Positions 1-18,665 of a stretch of DNA of 64,000 nucleotides are shown in pieces. The notes under the pieces were generated by a model that was not told the origin of the DNA, did no database searches, and saw nothing but the letters and a program-made list of their open reading frames with translations. Location: the NCBI GenBank assembly GCA_002269645.1, contig NIVC01000110.1, forward strand, positions 124,001 to 188,000, given 5' to 3'. The translations under genes and the position numbers were made by a program. Every line of letters begins with the position of its first letter. Position 1 is the stretch's first letter. The stretch comes from Macrostomum lignano (Eukaryota).

Positions 1-868
1 CCATGGTGTAGGATATCACTATTTTATTTTCCATAGAGGCAGATTTAGAATTATCTACATTATTTAAATCTAAATAGTGATTAATTTTTTAGCTATTACC
101 AATCCTAGGTTAATCCATTTCTGCTGCTTTTCATCCACATTTAACCAATATATCCATTCTACATCTACATCTATTTCTGCCATCCGAATTTTACCTCTTA
201 GCCTATTTCTATATTCTGCATTTTATCCACTGCATCTGGTCTATATCTGCATCCATATCCACATTTTATCTGGTACACTAAATTATTTCTAGATTGACAT
301 AATTTACAATAATAAAAATGCTTTGTATCTAATAATAATACTAACTAGGTATTTATAATAAAATAATTTATAAAAAACATTTAAAATAGACTATAGAGCC
401 CTAGCTTTAGGTCTAGGCCTAGTTTTAAAAGTTTAAAAATTCATTAGGCCCTAACTTACTCCAAAGCTATTTCTTATTGTCAATATCAAAGGTTTTCTTT
501 TTCTTTTCAAAAAGGCCCCTAATAAAAGTTATATAAAATAGGCTCTAGGGTAAGGCCTAGCCTATACTTGACTAGGGCCTAAGGCTAGACTAGGGCCTAA
601 AGGTAAAGTTAAAAAAATAACAAAATCATTGTGACTTTTTTAAGTTGAAGTTTTAAGCTTCTAGTTTTAGACTAAAATGGAATTGACATTTTTATTATTT
701 TAAACAATAAGCTTAATAAATATTTAAATTTCTCTGCACTAGGCCTTATTACCTATTTATTGCTTGGTCATTTTGTAGACTAGAAATGTTAATGGATAGA
801 CAAATAAATAGGCCCAATTCTTAAATAGTCAACATGACCATAAGGATAATGTAGGGCCTAGGCCCCCT

Positions 869-1626
869 GGATGCCTGTCAAAACGGCCACACGCGGAACG
901 GCCACACGACAAAACGGCCACATAAAACAAAAAGGGTTGCAGATTGACTTTGTTCTATTTGTTATGTTAAGGAAGCTTTGTTATGTTAAAGCAGTAGCAG
1001 CTGAGCTGGGTGCTAGGAGGCAATTCAGACAAAACCATGGCATCGTCTCATTCTTCATGGCATTGTAGCAAGCTATAGAAATGGCTGCGTAGCAGCAGAT
1101 ATACAATAATTACCAATAACAGTTAATTCAAATAATTACAACTATAACAGCATACTATAAATAGCAACTCACCTTTCAGACAAAGTTGATTGTGCCATCT
1201 GCTGCAGCGATTGCAGCACAATGCATGCTGGCGAGGTCTGACTCTAAGTAGACACTTTGGACAACTGACGTCCATTGTTAAAAATGAAAAATGAAATGAA
1301 AAATTTCGCATCAAAGATAACTACTAACTGCCATAAGATATTTTGCGCTGTTGTTAAATTGTTATTTGAGTAAAGGTGGATGGTTGCAGCTCCTCTCTCT
1401 GCAACCATCCACCTTTATTCTTAATTGACCAGTGCCTTGGCCCCCATGTATGTATGCCACCCCCCCCCCCGATTGTTCATCATTTATCTTTCTACTTAAA
1501 TGTACATTCAACCCTCCACTTCTCTTATCTCTTATTATTACAAATTATTACATCGTGTGGCCGTTTTGATGGTGTGGCCATTTTGTCGTGTGGCCATTCC
1601 ACATGTGGCCATTTTGACGGCACCCT
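869..1626. mobile_element. Non-autonomous MULE/Foldback-like DNA transposon derivative retaining a PHD-finger exon
   Basis: The left end GGATGCCTGTCAAAACGGCCACACG... is the inverted repeat of the right end ...TGTGGCCATTTTGACGGCACCC. Both ends are built of AAAACGGCCACAC subrepeats. GGCCCCCT flanks both sides (861-868, 1627-1634). A minus-strand exon 1275-1173 (ATG to a GTGAGT donor) encodes MDVSCPKCLLRVRPRQHALCCNRCSRWHNQLCLK, which has PHD-like Cys/His spacing. Confidence 0.65.
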
Positions 1627-3159
1627 GGCCCCCTATATAAAAGCACATATTAATATTTGTCAGACTTAAAGAAGTGCCAAGCCAATAAAAACACACCAAG
1701 ACCATTAAAATATTGCCTTTTCTTACTATTCTGTTTGTTGTCTAAAGCAAAAAAGCATAGGGCCTAGGCCTACTGTGGTGACTCGCCTTTGACTGGCTGT
1801 GAGCTGTGACCTGTGAGTAGGCCCTACTATACTAGGCCTACTTATGCGATACTCCTTCGTCCTTAATAGGTTTTAGTCACAAGCGAACTAGGGCTGGGTT
1901 CGTCCAGAGCTAGGTCTACTAAAAGCTCTAGGGCAATAACTAGGCCTACTAACATGACAAAAGTTGAGAATAGGCTATCTACTATCTAGGCCTAGGAGGT
2001 TACTCTCGTAATAAAAATCGCATTAAATAAATAAATATACAACAAAATCTACGAACACAACGAAGCCTTTACCATATATATTTTCCACTATGTAGACTAA
2101 ACTACTTGTCTGCATCGTACGTAATGACATGCATTTGACCGTACTGTACAGATGTAGGCCCTATAGTATTATTATAACTAGAAACAATTATGTACGGCTG
2201 TGTCACGCACGTGCAGATATTTAACTAATTTAAAAAAGTCTCAAACTAAAACAAAATAGACGTCAAAGTCAGCTTTTTTATAAGATATAAAATATGATAA
2301 TCAAATTATTTTTTTTATTTACAAAACAAGTATTCATATACCTTTCTTGTACATCATGCTATCCATGGTAACAGCTAGCTTCCCCTTTCTTTACTTTAAG
2401 ATTTGGATAAATGTAAGAAACAAGAAGCAATAACGAATGTAGGCAATTAATGCAGCAATTAATAAATACTATAATATCAATAACAATATGTTATTACATA
2501 ATACATGCAGTTTCATCGTCTAAATTTTGTAATGTTTGCATATATGGCGTATTTTATAGACAATTGTTACGTGAAGGTGCAGGTGATCAGGTGATGGGAT
2601 CTGCACTGGCCCACAAACACGTGAAAGTTTGAAATCCCTAGACTGATATGGACTCAAAAGAATGTGAATTAATTTATTGTGATTGTAAAGTGAGTCTATT
2701 TCACATACTAGAAAATTTGGATTTTTATTAGGTTTCTTTCTACGAGCGTACATGTAGATCTCTGTCATGCTTCCGGAAGTTCTTTGTTTACAGTACCGCT
2801 CGACGCTCGAAGCTAGTTTAGCTAAGCACAAGCACAGTAGGTACTACGTGCTGTAGATCATTATATGAGCGTCTATATCATATGTGTGCTGCATGCAAAT
2901 ACATATATGCATGTAAGTATTCAATTCCTTCTCTCTTGTCCCATAATTTTTACATGTTCTTCAATCGCTACAATTTCAATTTATACACGTACACGTGATA
3001 TGGCCGTTCCAGCAGGATGATTGATAGAAAAATTATTTGATAGTGTAGAGAGAGGGACTGCACACTGTTTTTTTTCAGATCAGAGTATAAGGCGTAATTG
3101 GCTATAGCAAAAGTACATATGTTACACATGTATTTTGCGCCTTCCAGTGTTGGCGCCCT

Positions 3160-3275
3160 CGCGGAGCCCCCCGTTGTTGGCGCCCCCAGTGCTGGCGCCC
3201 CCGGTGCTGGCGCCCTCGGTGCTGGCGCCCCCGGTGCTGGCGCCCTCGGTGCTGGCGCCCCCGGTGCGGCGCCCC
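3160..3275. repeat. GC-rich 15-bp minisatellite (GGTGCTGGCGCCCCC)n
   Basis: About 6 direct copies. The unit is nearly the reverse complement of the array unit at 17845-18665. Confidence 0.8.
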
Positions 3276-4132
3276 TGAGTGAGAAACAAATAAAACTGAT
3301 CAAATTTTATCTCTATAACCGATAGGCCACGCCTAAGGTATATACATGACGTAAAAACAAGTCTAACAGGCAATTCAAACGACCAGCGCTGTCTTTTGAA
3401 TACCATGTACGAACAATGCATGCACACTATTATATACTAGCTTTACTCATATATGTAGGCAAACAAAATAGACGCGACAGACCGCTTGTCGAAGACAGCT
3501 GCATCTTGAGTAGTTCACGGAGTGAAGAGGGAGTGAGAGTGAGATGGGGATCTGTTTGAGAGGCAAACGCGCAAATTAAGGCTCCAGCAGGCGCTACCGC
3601 TGGAGGGAATTGCAGGGAATTGCAGTGGATTTAAATTTTCTTGGTCTCGGCCTACAAAACTTGTTCGTGAATTCTTTCTCCCAATTTTCCCATCGGATGC
3701 CTGCAGCCTGTGGGGATCCGGAATTCCCTGCCGTGTTTGCACACTTTTTCATTCCACGCCTCAGAGCTGCCGTCTGCGCGCGCTGACTTCCAGTCCTGAT
3801 GGGTGGCACTTTGCTTAATCCAATCCGAGTCTTCGAAGGCGCGTTCTCGTTACACGGGACATCCGGGCCTTTCGAGTTCATCGATGCATGCAAATCGATT
3901 ATTGGAGAGTAATTACTCGAGGGTGGCGAAGGGCAATTGCTCCGTAGGGAAATTTCTGCGAAGAAAATTGACTTCTTTTGAGCTTTTGGCAATTTTAACC
4001 AATGTTACTGGAACAATGTTCCTTAATGCGTGTAAATTTGTTGCATTTTCTACTAAAATTTACGTGTAGTGCGTTCTTTTTTCAAAGTATTTTTGTTATT
4101 TTGCTTGATTTTTGCTGCTGCAGGCTCTGAGT

Positions 4133-5065
4133 ACAAAACCCCAATCTTCACACCATCTCCATTCTTCACACAATCCCCAATCTTCACACAATCTCCATTC
4201 TTCACACAATCCCCAATCTTCACACAACTCCTAATCCTCACACAACTCCTAATCCTCACACAATCCCTAATCCTCACACAACTCCTAATCTTCACACAAT
4301 CCCTAATCCTCACACAACTCCTAATCTTCACACAATCCCTAATCCTCACACAACTCCTAATCCTCACCCAATTCACAATCTTCACACAATTCACAATCTT
4401 CACACAGTCCCCAGTCTTCATACAATCCCAATCTTCACACATTCCTCAATCTTCACACAACCCCCAATCTTCACACAATCCCCAATCTTCACACAATCCC
4501 CAATCTTCACACAATCCCCAATCTTCACACAATTCCCAATCTTCACACAATTCCCAATCTTCACACAATTCCCAATCTTCACCCAATTCCCAATCTTCAC
4601 ACAATTCCCAATCTTCACCCAATTCCCAATCTTCACACAATTCCCAATCTTTACACAGTCCCCAGTCTTCACGCAATCCCAATCTTCACACAGTTCCCAG
4701 TCTTCACACAATCCCAATCTTCACCCAATTCCCAATCTTCACACAATTCCCAATCTTCACCCAATTCCCAATCTTCACACAATTCCCAATCTTTACACAG
4801 TCCCCAGTCTTCACGCAATCCCAATCTTCACACAGTTCCCAGTCTTCACACAATCCCAATCTTCATACAATCCCCACTCTTCACACAATTCCCAATCCTC
4901 ACATAATTCCCAATCTTCACACAATCCCCAATCTTCACACAATCCCCAATCTTCACATAATTCCCAATCTTCACACAATCCCCAATCTTCACATAATTTC
5001 CAATCTTCACACAATCCCCAATCTTCACATAATTCCCAATCTTCACACAATCCCCACTCTTCACC
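4133..5065. repeat. 18-bp minisatellite (CACAATCCCCAATCTTCA-like)
   Basis: Degenerate tandem copies; they explain the repetitive ORFs at 4053-5197. Confidence 0.9.
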
Positions 5066-5489
5066 TCGTGACGTCATGAGTAAAGCGGTTTTGAATCGCA
5101 ATGTCCAAATTCTTTTGAAGTCCGTACAGTCTGAGAGTGCAATGCAATGAAGAAGCGCGGATGCAGTGTATATTATTAGTAGGAGCGTAAATATCAAATA
5201 TTGATAATTAAAAATGAAGGAACTCAGTGCTTCTCTGATCCGGCAGTTAGTAACGCAACAATATTAATTACAGTACTCTTGAAATAACCGCTTTCCTGAT
5301 TACTTGCTTCTTGTTTATAAACAAATAATATATTGTAACAATAGCATCTGTTCGCTTAACTTTATAAATACAATAAGCCCGTAGTTTCCTAATGACCTGA
5401 TTGCTTCTTTACGGTTGCTATGAGCGCAGTGAGCACATGTAGATTTGAATGGGGAATTTTTTTGTGCGAAATACAACAATTTTTCAACA

Positions 5490-6045
5490 CTTCAGTTTTA
5501 GCGCCATCAGCTCAGATCCTGCAGCTTTGGCGCCATCAACTCAGATTCTTCAGTTTTAGCGCCATTACCTCAGATCCTTCCGTTTTGGCAATTTTGGTGC
5601 CATCAGCTCAGATCCTTCAGCTTTGGCGCCATCAGCTCAGATTCTTCAGCTTTGGCGCCATCAGCTCAGATTCTTCAGCTTGGGTGCCATCGCCTCAGAT
5701 GCTTCAGTTTTGGCGCCATCAGCTCAGATCCTTCAGTTTTGGTTCCATCAGCCCAGATCTTTCAGTTTTGGCGCCATCACCTCAGTTCTTCAGTTTTGGT
5801 TCCATCAGCCCAGATCTTTCAGTTTTGGCGCCATCACCTCAGTTCTTCACTTTTTGGTGCCATCACCTCAGATCCTTCAGTTTTGGCGCCATTGCCTCAG
5901 ATCCTTCAGTTTTGGCGCCATCACCTCATTTCTTCAGTTTTGGTGCCATCACCTCAGATCCTTCAGTTTAGTCGCCATTGCCTCAGATCCTTCAGTTTTG
6001 GCGCCATTGCCTCAGATCCTTCAGTTTAGGCGCTATCATCTCAGA
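5490..6045. repeat. About 29-bp minisatellite (GGCGCCATCAGCTCAGATCCTTCAGTTTT-like)
   Basis: Degenerate tandem copies lying just beyond the DEG/ENaC stop codon. Confidence 0.85.
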
Positions 6046-6125
6046 TGTCCGGAGCTGGAGCCAACACCTCTCGGTTGCTTCAGCTACAATGGACACCCAG
6101 TGCCAGCCACCGTCACAAGAAGCAG

Positions 6126-11433
<5,308 letters not shown>

Positions 11434-11492
11434 TGCTAGCTGCTCAGCACTAAAGTTATGCATTTCTGAGATCTGGGTAATTTTGTACTTTA

Positions 11493-12802
11493 CGAGGGTC
11501 ACTCAGAAAGTCTTTAGCCTGAGTAGGATCCACGAGACGTAGAAGCATGAAATTTGTCTATGGTAAAGACCAACTTTTAAAAGTATCGCAGCAAAAATTT
11601 CAAACAGAAGCAGCCACTTTTGAGTCCACTGCAGCGAGTTAAAGTCAGTTCACCCCCTGAGTTCTTCAATTCAACAATGAAGCTGGAAAATCGCGACTTC
11701 AGAGCAATGATGTACCTGCACTTCAAGCAAGGCAAGTCGCCGGCCGAATCGTATCAAACTTTACAGAACGTTTTCACCCATGTATGCCCTTCATACGCAA
11801 CCGTCAAAAACTGGTTCGCTGAGTTTCGCCGAGGTCGAGAAAGCCTCGAAGATGAACATCGATCCGGGAGACCCTGTGACGCAGTGACTCCAGAAAATAT
11901 CTGCGCTGTGTCCAGCATGATTGCCGCTGACCAGCGAGTGACCTACCAGCAGATCCAGCAGGAGATCGGTATTGGATCGGGGAGTGTGCACGCCATTATG
12001 CACGAACACCTTGGAGTGCGGAAGCTGGCTTCCCAGTGGATCCCCCATCAGCTGTCGGACGTGCAGAAGGACACCAGGGTGGCTTGGTGCCAATTCATGC
12101 TGCAGAAATTCGAATCCGGGACCAGTCGGCGTATCTGGGACATCCTCACGGGCGATGAGACCTGGATTTATCAATACGACCCCGAAAGCAAGCGCCAGTC
12201 AGCCATGTGGACCTTTGGAGACGAGGACAGCCCCACAAAGTTTCGACGCAGCCGGAGTGTCGGCAAGCAGATGGTGGCCTGTTTCTTCATGCGCACTGGG
12301 CATGTGGCTTCCGTTTCACTTGAAGATCGCCAGACAGTCACCGCTGACTGGTACACAACGGTTTGCCTGCCCAAGGTCTTTTCTGCTGTGAGCCAGAGGC
12401 GCCCAAGGTGCGGAATGCGTGGGGTGCTTCTGCACCACGACAACGCCAGCGCGCACACGGCGGCTCAAACTCTGGAGTTTCTGGCTGACTGTGGGGTCCA
12501 GCTGATGACTCACCCTGCTTACAGTCCAGACCTGGCACCGTGCGACTTTTTTCTGTTTCCGAAGTGCAAGGAGATTCTGAAGGGCCAGGTTTTTTCTTCA
12601 CCGGAAGAAGCTGTAAATGAGTTCAAAAACATCATCGAGGAGCTCCGGGATGAGGATTGGCGGCATTGCTTCGACAGCTGGTTTCACAGGATGCAAGCCT
12701 GTATCAATGCCGGTGGAGAGTATTTTGAGCACTTGTAGTCGTTTTTTAGTTCATTTGTTGCGGTTTTCTTGTTCAGGCTAAGAACTTTCTGAGTGACCCT
12801 CG
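11493..12802 (+). mobile_element. Full-length mariner (Tc1/mariner, D,D34D) transposon
   Basis: 30-bp TIRs CGAGGGTCACTCAGAAAGT(CT/TC)TTAGCCTGA, TA duplication at 11491-92 and 12803-04, 1310 bp, one intact transposase ORF. Confidence 0.97.
11677..12738 (+). CDS. Mariner transposase (353 aa from the ATG at 11677)
   Basis: N-terminal HTH region, WIPHQL linker, catalytic TGDETW / HDNASAH / YSPDLAPCD with 34 residues between D2 and D3; no stops or frameshifts. Confidence 0.96.
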   Translation: MKLENRDFRAMMYLHFKQGKSPAESYQTLQNVFTHVCPSYATVKNWFAEFRRGRESLEDEHRSGRPCDAVTPENICAVSSMIAADQRVTYQQIQQEIGIGSGSVHAIMHEHLGVRKLASQWIPHQLSDVQKDTRVAWCQFMLQKFESGTSRRIWDILTGDETWIYQYDPESKRQSAMWTFGDEDSPTKFRRSRSVGKQMVACFFMRTGHVASVSLEDRQTVTADWYTTVCLPKVFSAVSQRRPRCGMRGVLLHHDNASAHTAAQTLEFLADCGVQLMTHPAYSPDLAPCDFFLFPKCKEILKGQVFSSPEEAVNEFKNIIEELRDEDWRHCFDSWFHRMQACINAGGEYFEHL

Positions 12803-13625
12803 TATTCAAGTCACAATCTTATTTTTTAACGGGGATCAATACCGTACTATATAACCAAACGTGGTCAAGAAGTGCAATCGTTTCTTTCCAGCTATTGGAC
12901 TGACTGCATTCCAGCCTATGAAATGATCTTTCGAGGCAGCTTGAAGTGGCTGACCGTGACCCGCACCTCCTCAACTGTGCCCTCGGCCGGTTATAAAGTT
13001 ATAAAGGAATGGGCTGGAGACTGGAGAGAGATTTCTCTCAATCAAATTTGTCTATGGCACAACCCACTCGTTTCTAGTAAAATCGAGTGTATACAGCGCT
13101 CCACTGCAGTTTTCGATTCTGTCAAAATATAGGTCAATTGAAAAGTTCATTTAGTACTTTAATTGCTTGAAAAAAATAACTCTTGACTTTGCCGCCACTT
13201 GAGAATGAGATAAAATAATTGGATTTCAACAGGCTCAGTTCACCAATTAGTGTTGAAGTGTTGTTTGAGTTTCTAAACCGTCAACGAAAACAAGTTTAGC
13301 CTCTGATTTATAAAATTACTTTTATATGTATAGTTTAATAAAAGTTTACGAACCTTATCTCTAATTAAAGATTGTAAATTAAAATAGCGCCTGCACACGC
13401 CGCTTTAAAAACTGGCAAATCAAGTGTACTGATTTGGTTGAGACTGCACTGAGCAGAGAGGGAACTAATTTGAGATAGAGGTGACGAATTTACATGTAAA
13501 TAATTAATTACCACTTTGCTACCGATTCGCTAGTGCCGTTTAGTGGAATGGGGCTTAACTAAGAACTGTACTGACTGAGAATACTGTAAATATAAGATTA
13601 GTAAACTGGTTCTTAGCCCTCTCAT

Positions 13626-14050
<425 letters not shown>

Positions 14051-14654
14051 GATTTGCTCACCTGGAAACAGTTGGTCAGCTGCTGTGATGTCACAGCAGG
14101 GGCAGCCTTCAACCCTTCTGACTTTCTGCTCACACAGGCTGATGGGACGGTATTTATGCAATATTTTTTCAGTTTTTTTTCTCTTCCCTTAAATACCTCA
14201 CCCAGCTTTTCAACTGCCATTCGGCCTTTCCATTCTTCGTTGGATTAAAGGGATAAAGAGTGAGCGCGCAGAATCTGTGACCCGGAACCGACACCCGAGG
14301 CTCCGAATGGGAGAAATAAAAATCATTTTAGAAGAAACCTTCGCCAATGCCTTTTTTGCTGACTGTCGACCCAGCCGGAAAGGAAGGCAAGCCGGCGCTC
14401 CGTCACTTCAACTGGCCTCGCGAGTGGCTGCCCGACAAAAGACGGAGCGAAGGACCCTCTTCAGAGCGCTGGGGTGATGGGCCGTTTTAAGGATTTCACA
14501 CGATGATGAGGGGATCAGCGAGGAGAAGCTGGGGATTGGCGGCCCCCGTTCGCTAACTAGATTGATTTTTTTCTAGAATTGATTTATTGATCGGCCTGAA
14601 AAAGCCGTTTGTTTATTTTACTTGTAATGGAAATCTGTTTGTTCTCTACGAGTA

Positions 14655-15175
14655 ACAGGTGACAGGTGACAGGTGACAGGTGGCAGGTGACAGGTGACAG
14701 GTGACAGGTAAAAGGTGACAGGTAAAAGGTGACAGGTAAAAGGTGACAGGTAAAAGGTGACAGGTAAAAGGTGACAGGTAAAAGGTGACAGGTAAAAGGT
14801 GACAGGTAAAAGGTGACAGGTAAAAGGTGACAGGTAAAAGGTGACAGGTGACAGGTAAAAGGTGACGGGTGACAGGTAAAAGGTGACAGGTAAAAGGTGA
14901 CAGGTAAAAGGTGACAGGTAAAAGGTGACAGGTAAAAGGTGACAGGTAAAAGGTGACAGGTGACAGGTAAAAGGTGACGGGTGACAGGTAAAAGGTGACA
15001 GGTAAAAGGTGACAGGTAAAAGGTGACAGGTAAAAGGTGACAGGTAAAAGGTGACAGGTGACAGGTGACAGGTGACAGGTGACAGGTGACAGGTGACCGG
15101 TGAAAGGTGACAGGTGACAGGTGACAGGTAAAAGGTGAAACAGGTGAAAGGTGAAAGGTGACAGGTGACAGGTGA
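14655..15175. repeat. GGTGACA/GGTAAAA 7/14-bp minisatellite
   Basis: Alternating heptamer units. Confidence 0.92.
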
Positions 15176-15192
15176 GGCATCTGTCTAAAACA

Positions 15193-15375
15193 GGGGGGCC
15201 GTAGCCCAGTGGTCCAATGCGGCGCTCTGGTGTGCCAGCGGCCCAGGCTCGATTCCAAGTGCAGTCGCATTAATTTGGGGCTAAATTGGAATCTCGGCTT
15301 GGCTCTGCTCGTGCAATTAACGGCCTTGAGGGCCAACCCCCAAGGCACAGTGAAGTGTACATGCCTAACGATAAA
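15193..15375 (+). mobile_element. tRNA-derived SINE-like sequence
   Basis: A-box-like TAGCCCAGTGG and B-box-like GGCTCGATTCC at tRNA spacing. The acceptor and T stems do not pair, so it is not a functional tRNA. Confidence 0.45.
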
Positions 15376-15848
15376 TAAAGTCAGGGCCGCTGTGCACTCC
15401 TGCGTGAGTGTGTGCCTGTGCGTGTGACTGCGTACGTATCCGCGCGCTTGTGTGCCTGCTCAGGGGAGTCGGCGGAATGGGCAGCAATGCCTCTCGCCGG
15501 TTGTGCGACAATGTCGCTTAAAGTGCACACGGCCTCTAGTCTCTAAAAGATCTGTCCGTAACAGGTAAGGCACTTGCTGCTCTGCATGCATTTGATGTAT
15601 GGCGTATTTTCATTATATACATGCGAAATTTGCAACGGTTTGCTGTCAGAAGTTTTGCGTGCGCCTAATCTAATCCAATCAGTTTCAATCTACAAAAACG
15701 TTCTGAAAATGTCTATGACAGAAACTATAAAAACCAATTTTATGGATTTTCATTATATTGCGCAGATCAATTTGTTGAATGTATTGAAGTTCAATAAATC
15801 TCAGTTTTATTTTTTTATTACTAAAACTGCTGTTTAAACTGATTCTCT

Positions 15849-17312
15849 ATGCTTTGGCAACGCAGTGGCGGGAGTGCCAAGCTAGTCCTGTGCCTGCTAA
15901 TTCTCCTGATTGGGCTCCACACCACTTACTGCTGCGCCAGAGGTAAGTTCCGCGCCAGCAGCAACCTGTTCCTCTGCTTTTCTACTTTCTTTCTGAAAAT
16001 TCTTTCTGAAGATTCCTGACCCACTCGACTAACATCCCTGACTCACTCGACTAACATCCCGACTTACTTGAATAATATCCCTGACTCACTTGAATATTAT
16101 CCCCTAACTCACTTAACTAAATATCCCTGACACACTTGACTAATATCCCTGACTCACTTGACTAGATATTGCTGACTCACTAGACTAATATCCCTGACTC
16201 ACTTGACTTAATATCCCTGACTCACTTGACTTAATATCCCTGACTCACTTGACTAATATCCCTGACTCACTTGACTAATATCCCTGCCTCACTTGACTAA
16301 CATCCTAGCTGACTCACTTGACTAATATCCCTGACTCACTTGACTAATATCCCTGACTCACTTGACTAACATCCTAGTTGACTCACCTGACTAATATCCC
16401 TGACTCACTTGACTAACATCCTAGCTGACTCACTTGACTAATACCCTGACTCACTTGACTAACATCCTAGTTGACTCACCTGACTAATATCCCTGACTCA
16501 CTTGACTAACATCCTAGTTGACTCACCTGACTAATATCCCTGACTCACTTGACTAACATCCTAGTTGACTCACCTGACTAATATCCCTGACTCACTTGAC
16601 TAACATCCTAGCTGACTCACCTGACTAATATCCCTGACTCACTTGACTAACATCCTAGCTGACTCACCTGACTAATATCCCTGACTCACTTGACTAACAT
16701 CCTAGCTGACTCACCTGACTAATATCCCTGACTCACTTGACTAACATCCTAGCTGACTCACCTGACTAATATCCCTGACTCACCTGACTAGTATCTCTGA
16801 CTCACTTAATTAGTATCTCTGACTCACTTGACTAATATCCCTGACTCACTTGACTAGTATCTCTGACTCACTTGACTAGTATCTCTGACTCACTTGACTA
16901 AATATCCCTGACTCACTTGACTAGTATCTCTGACTCACTTGACTAGTATCTCTGACTCACTTGACTAAATATCCCTGACTCACTTGACTAATATCCCTGA
17001 CTCACTTGACTAGTATCTCTGACTCACTTGACTAGTATCTCTGACTCACTTGACTAAATATCCCTGACTCACTTGACTAGTATCCCTGACTCACTTGACT
17101 AATATCCCTGACTCACTTGACTAGTATCTCTGACTCACTTGACTAGTATCTCTGACTCACTTGACTAAATATCCCTGACTCACTTGACCCATCCCTTGAC
17201 TCCCTGAACACTCTCAGATACGCTGAACTTCCTGGGCGGCTACAAGAAAGTGGCAAAGGGACATAACCCAATGTACTCGCCAGTGGATGGCAGACTAATG
17301 GGCTATCATTAA
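15849..17312 (+). CDS. Small secreted peptide precursor (62 aa), candidate distant member of the N-terminal-Cys family
   Basis: Exon 15849-15942 encodes MLWQRSGGSAKLVLCLLILLIGLHTTYC|CAR and ends at a phase-1 donor G|GTAAGT. Exon 17218-17312 (CTCTCAG| acceptor) gives DTLNFLGGYKKVAKGHNPMYSPVDGRLMGYH*. The start codon is uncertain because a further donor lies upstream at 15565. Confidence 0.55.
16010..17190. repeat. About 21-bp minisatellite (ATCCCTGACTCACTTGACTAAT-like), intronic
   Basis: Tandem copies with higher-order alternation, filling the intron of the 15849-17312 gene. Confidence 0.92.
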
Positions 17313-17844
17313 ATCAGCCTGTGGGACTTTAACACTCTGAGATCAACATTTTTTAACCCGAGCTTTTTTATGTACAGGTTTGTTCAATTTACTTTGAATT
17401 AAGCCTCAGTAGAGTTGTCAGTAAAATGCTTTTATATATTTTTTATTACAAAGATAAGGAAGATGTAAATGCCACCTGGTCAGTAATTTAGCTGGTCCTA
17501 AAGGTACATATACGTATAGACTTTCATTTTGTACTACGGCTGATAAAAAATATACTAGATTAAAGTCATTGAGATGTACATGCTACTTTAGCAGTAGAAT
17601 ATATACACATTTGTAAGTGAAACAGTATGTGCAGTGCGTGTAGTTTTTAATTGTCCGTACAGTATGACTTGCCAGCGTATTATTTACTTAATTAGCAAAA
17701 CAGTTCATGTTTCTAAATTCATGTTTTAGACCAAGTAGCTAATGTTTGAGGGTTGCACGGTCGGTTTCTACATGTATGTACAGGCTACTGTACTATATTT
17801 CAGCATTTATAAAGAAAATTAGTTTTGGTTCCTGTGACAGGAGC

Positions 17845-18665
17845 TTTAGCAGTTCGCCATGCAGCACCAGGGGCTTTAGCAACATGGGCTTTAGCACCAG
17901 GGGCTTTGGCACCAGGGGCTTTAGCACCAGGGGCTTTAGCACCAGGGGCTTTAGCACCAGGGGCTTTAGCAACATGGGCTTTAGCACCAGGGGCTTTAGC
18001 ACCAGGGGCTTTAGCACCAGGGGCTTTAGCACTAGGGGCTTTAGCACCAGGGGCGCCAGCACCAGGGGCGCCAGCACCAGGGGCTTTAGCACCAGGGGCT
18101 TTAGCACCAGGGGCTTTAGCACCAGGGGCTTTAGCACCAGGGGCTTTAGCACTAGGGGCGCCAGCACCAGGGGCGCCAGCACCAGGGGCTTTAGCACTAG
18201 GGGCGCCAGCACCAGGGGCGCCAGCACCAGGGGCGCCAGCACCAGGGGCGCCAGCACCAGGGGCGCCAGCACCAGGGGCGCCAGCACCAGGGGCGCCAGC
18301 ACCAGGGGCGCCAGCACCAGGGGCGCCAGCACCAGGGGCGCCAGCACCAGGGGCGCCAGCACCAGGGGCGCCAGCACCAGGGGCGCCAGCACCAGGGGCG
18401 CCAGCACCAGGGGCGCCAGCACCAGGGGCGCCAGCACCAGGGGCGCCAGCACCAGGGGCGCCAGCACCAGGGGCGCCAGCACCAGGGGCGCCAGCACCAG
18501 GGGCGCCAGCACCAGGGGCGCCAGCACCAGGGGCGCCAGCACCAGGGGCGCCAGCACCAGGGGCGCCAGCACCAGGGGCGCCAGCACCAGGGGCGCCAGC
18601 ACCGCCAGAGGCGCCAGACCCAGGGGCGCCAGAACCAGGGGCGCCAGAACCAGGGGCGCCAGCAC
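17845..18665. repeat. GC-rich 15-bp minisatellite (ACCAGGGGCGCCAGC / ACCAGGGGCTTTAGC)n
   Basis: More than 50 copies; a stop-free unit length divisible by 3 produces spurious ORFs in several frames. Confidence 0.95.

Noticed and set aside
4069-5079. 336-aa ORF with a signal-peptide-like N-terminus and Thr/Gln/Ser repeats (mucin-like)
   Set aside because: It starts at GTG, not ATG, the body is an 18-bp minisatellite that drifts between frames, and there is no splice support.
3594-5450. Possible small minus-strand gene (ORF 3594-3992 with candidate exons near 4128 and 5140)
   Set aside because: Several exon chains are possible and none gives a recognisable protein.
15193-15270. Possible tRNA gene
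   Set aside because: The acceptor and T stems do not base-pair; treated as a SINE head.
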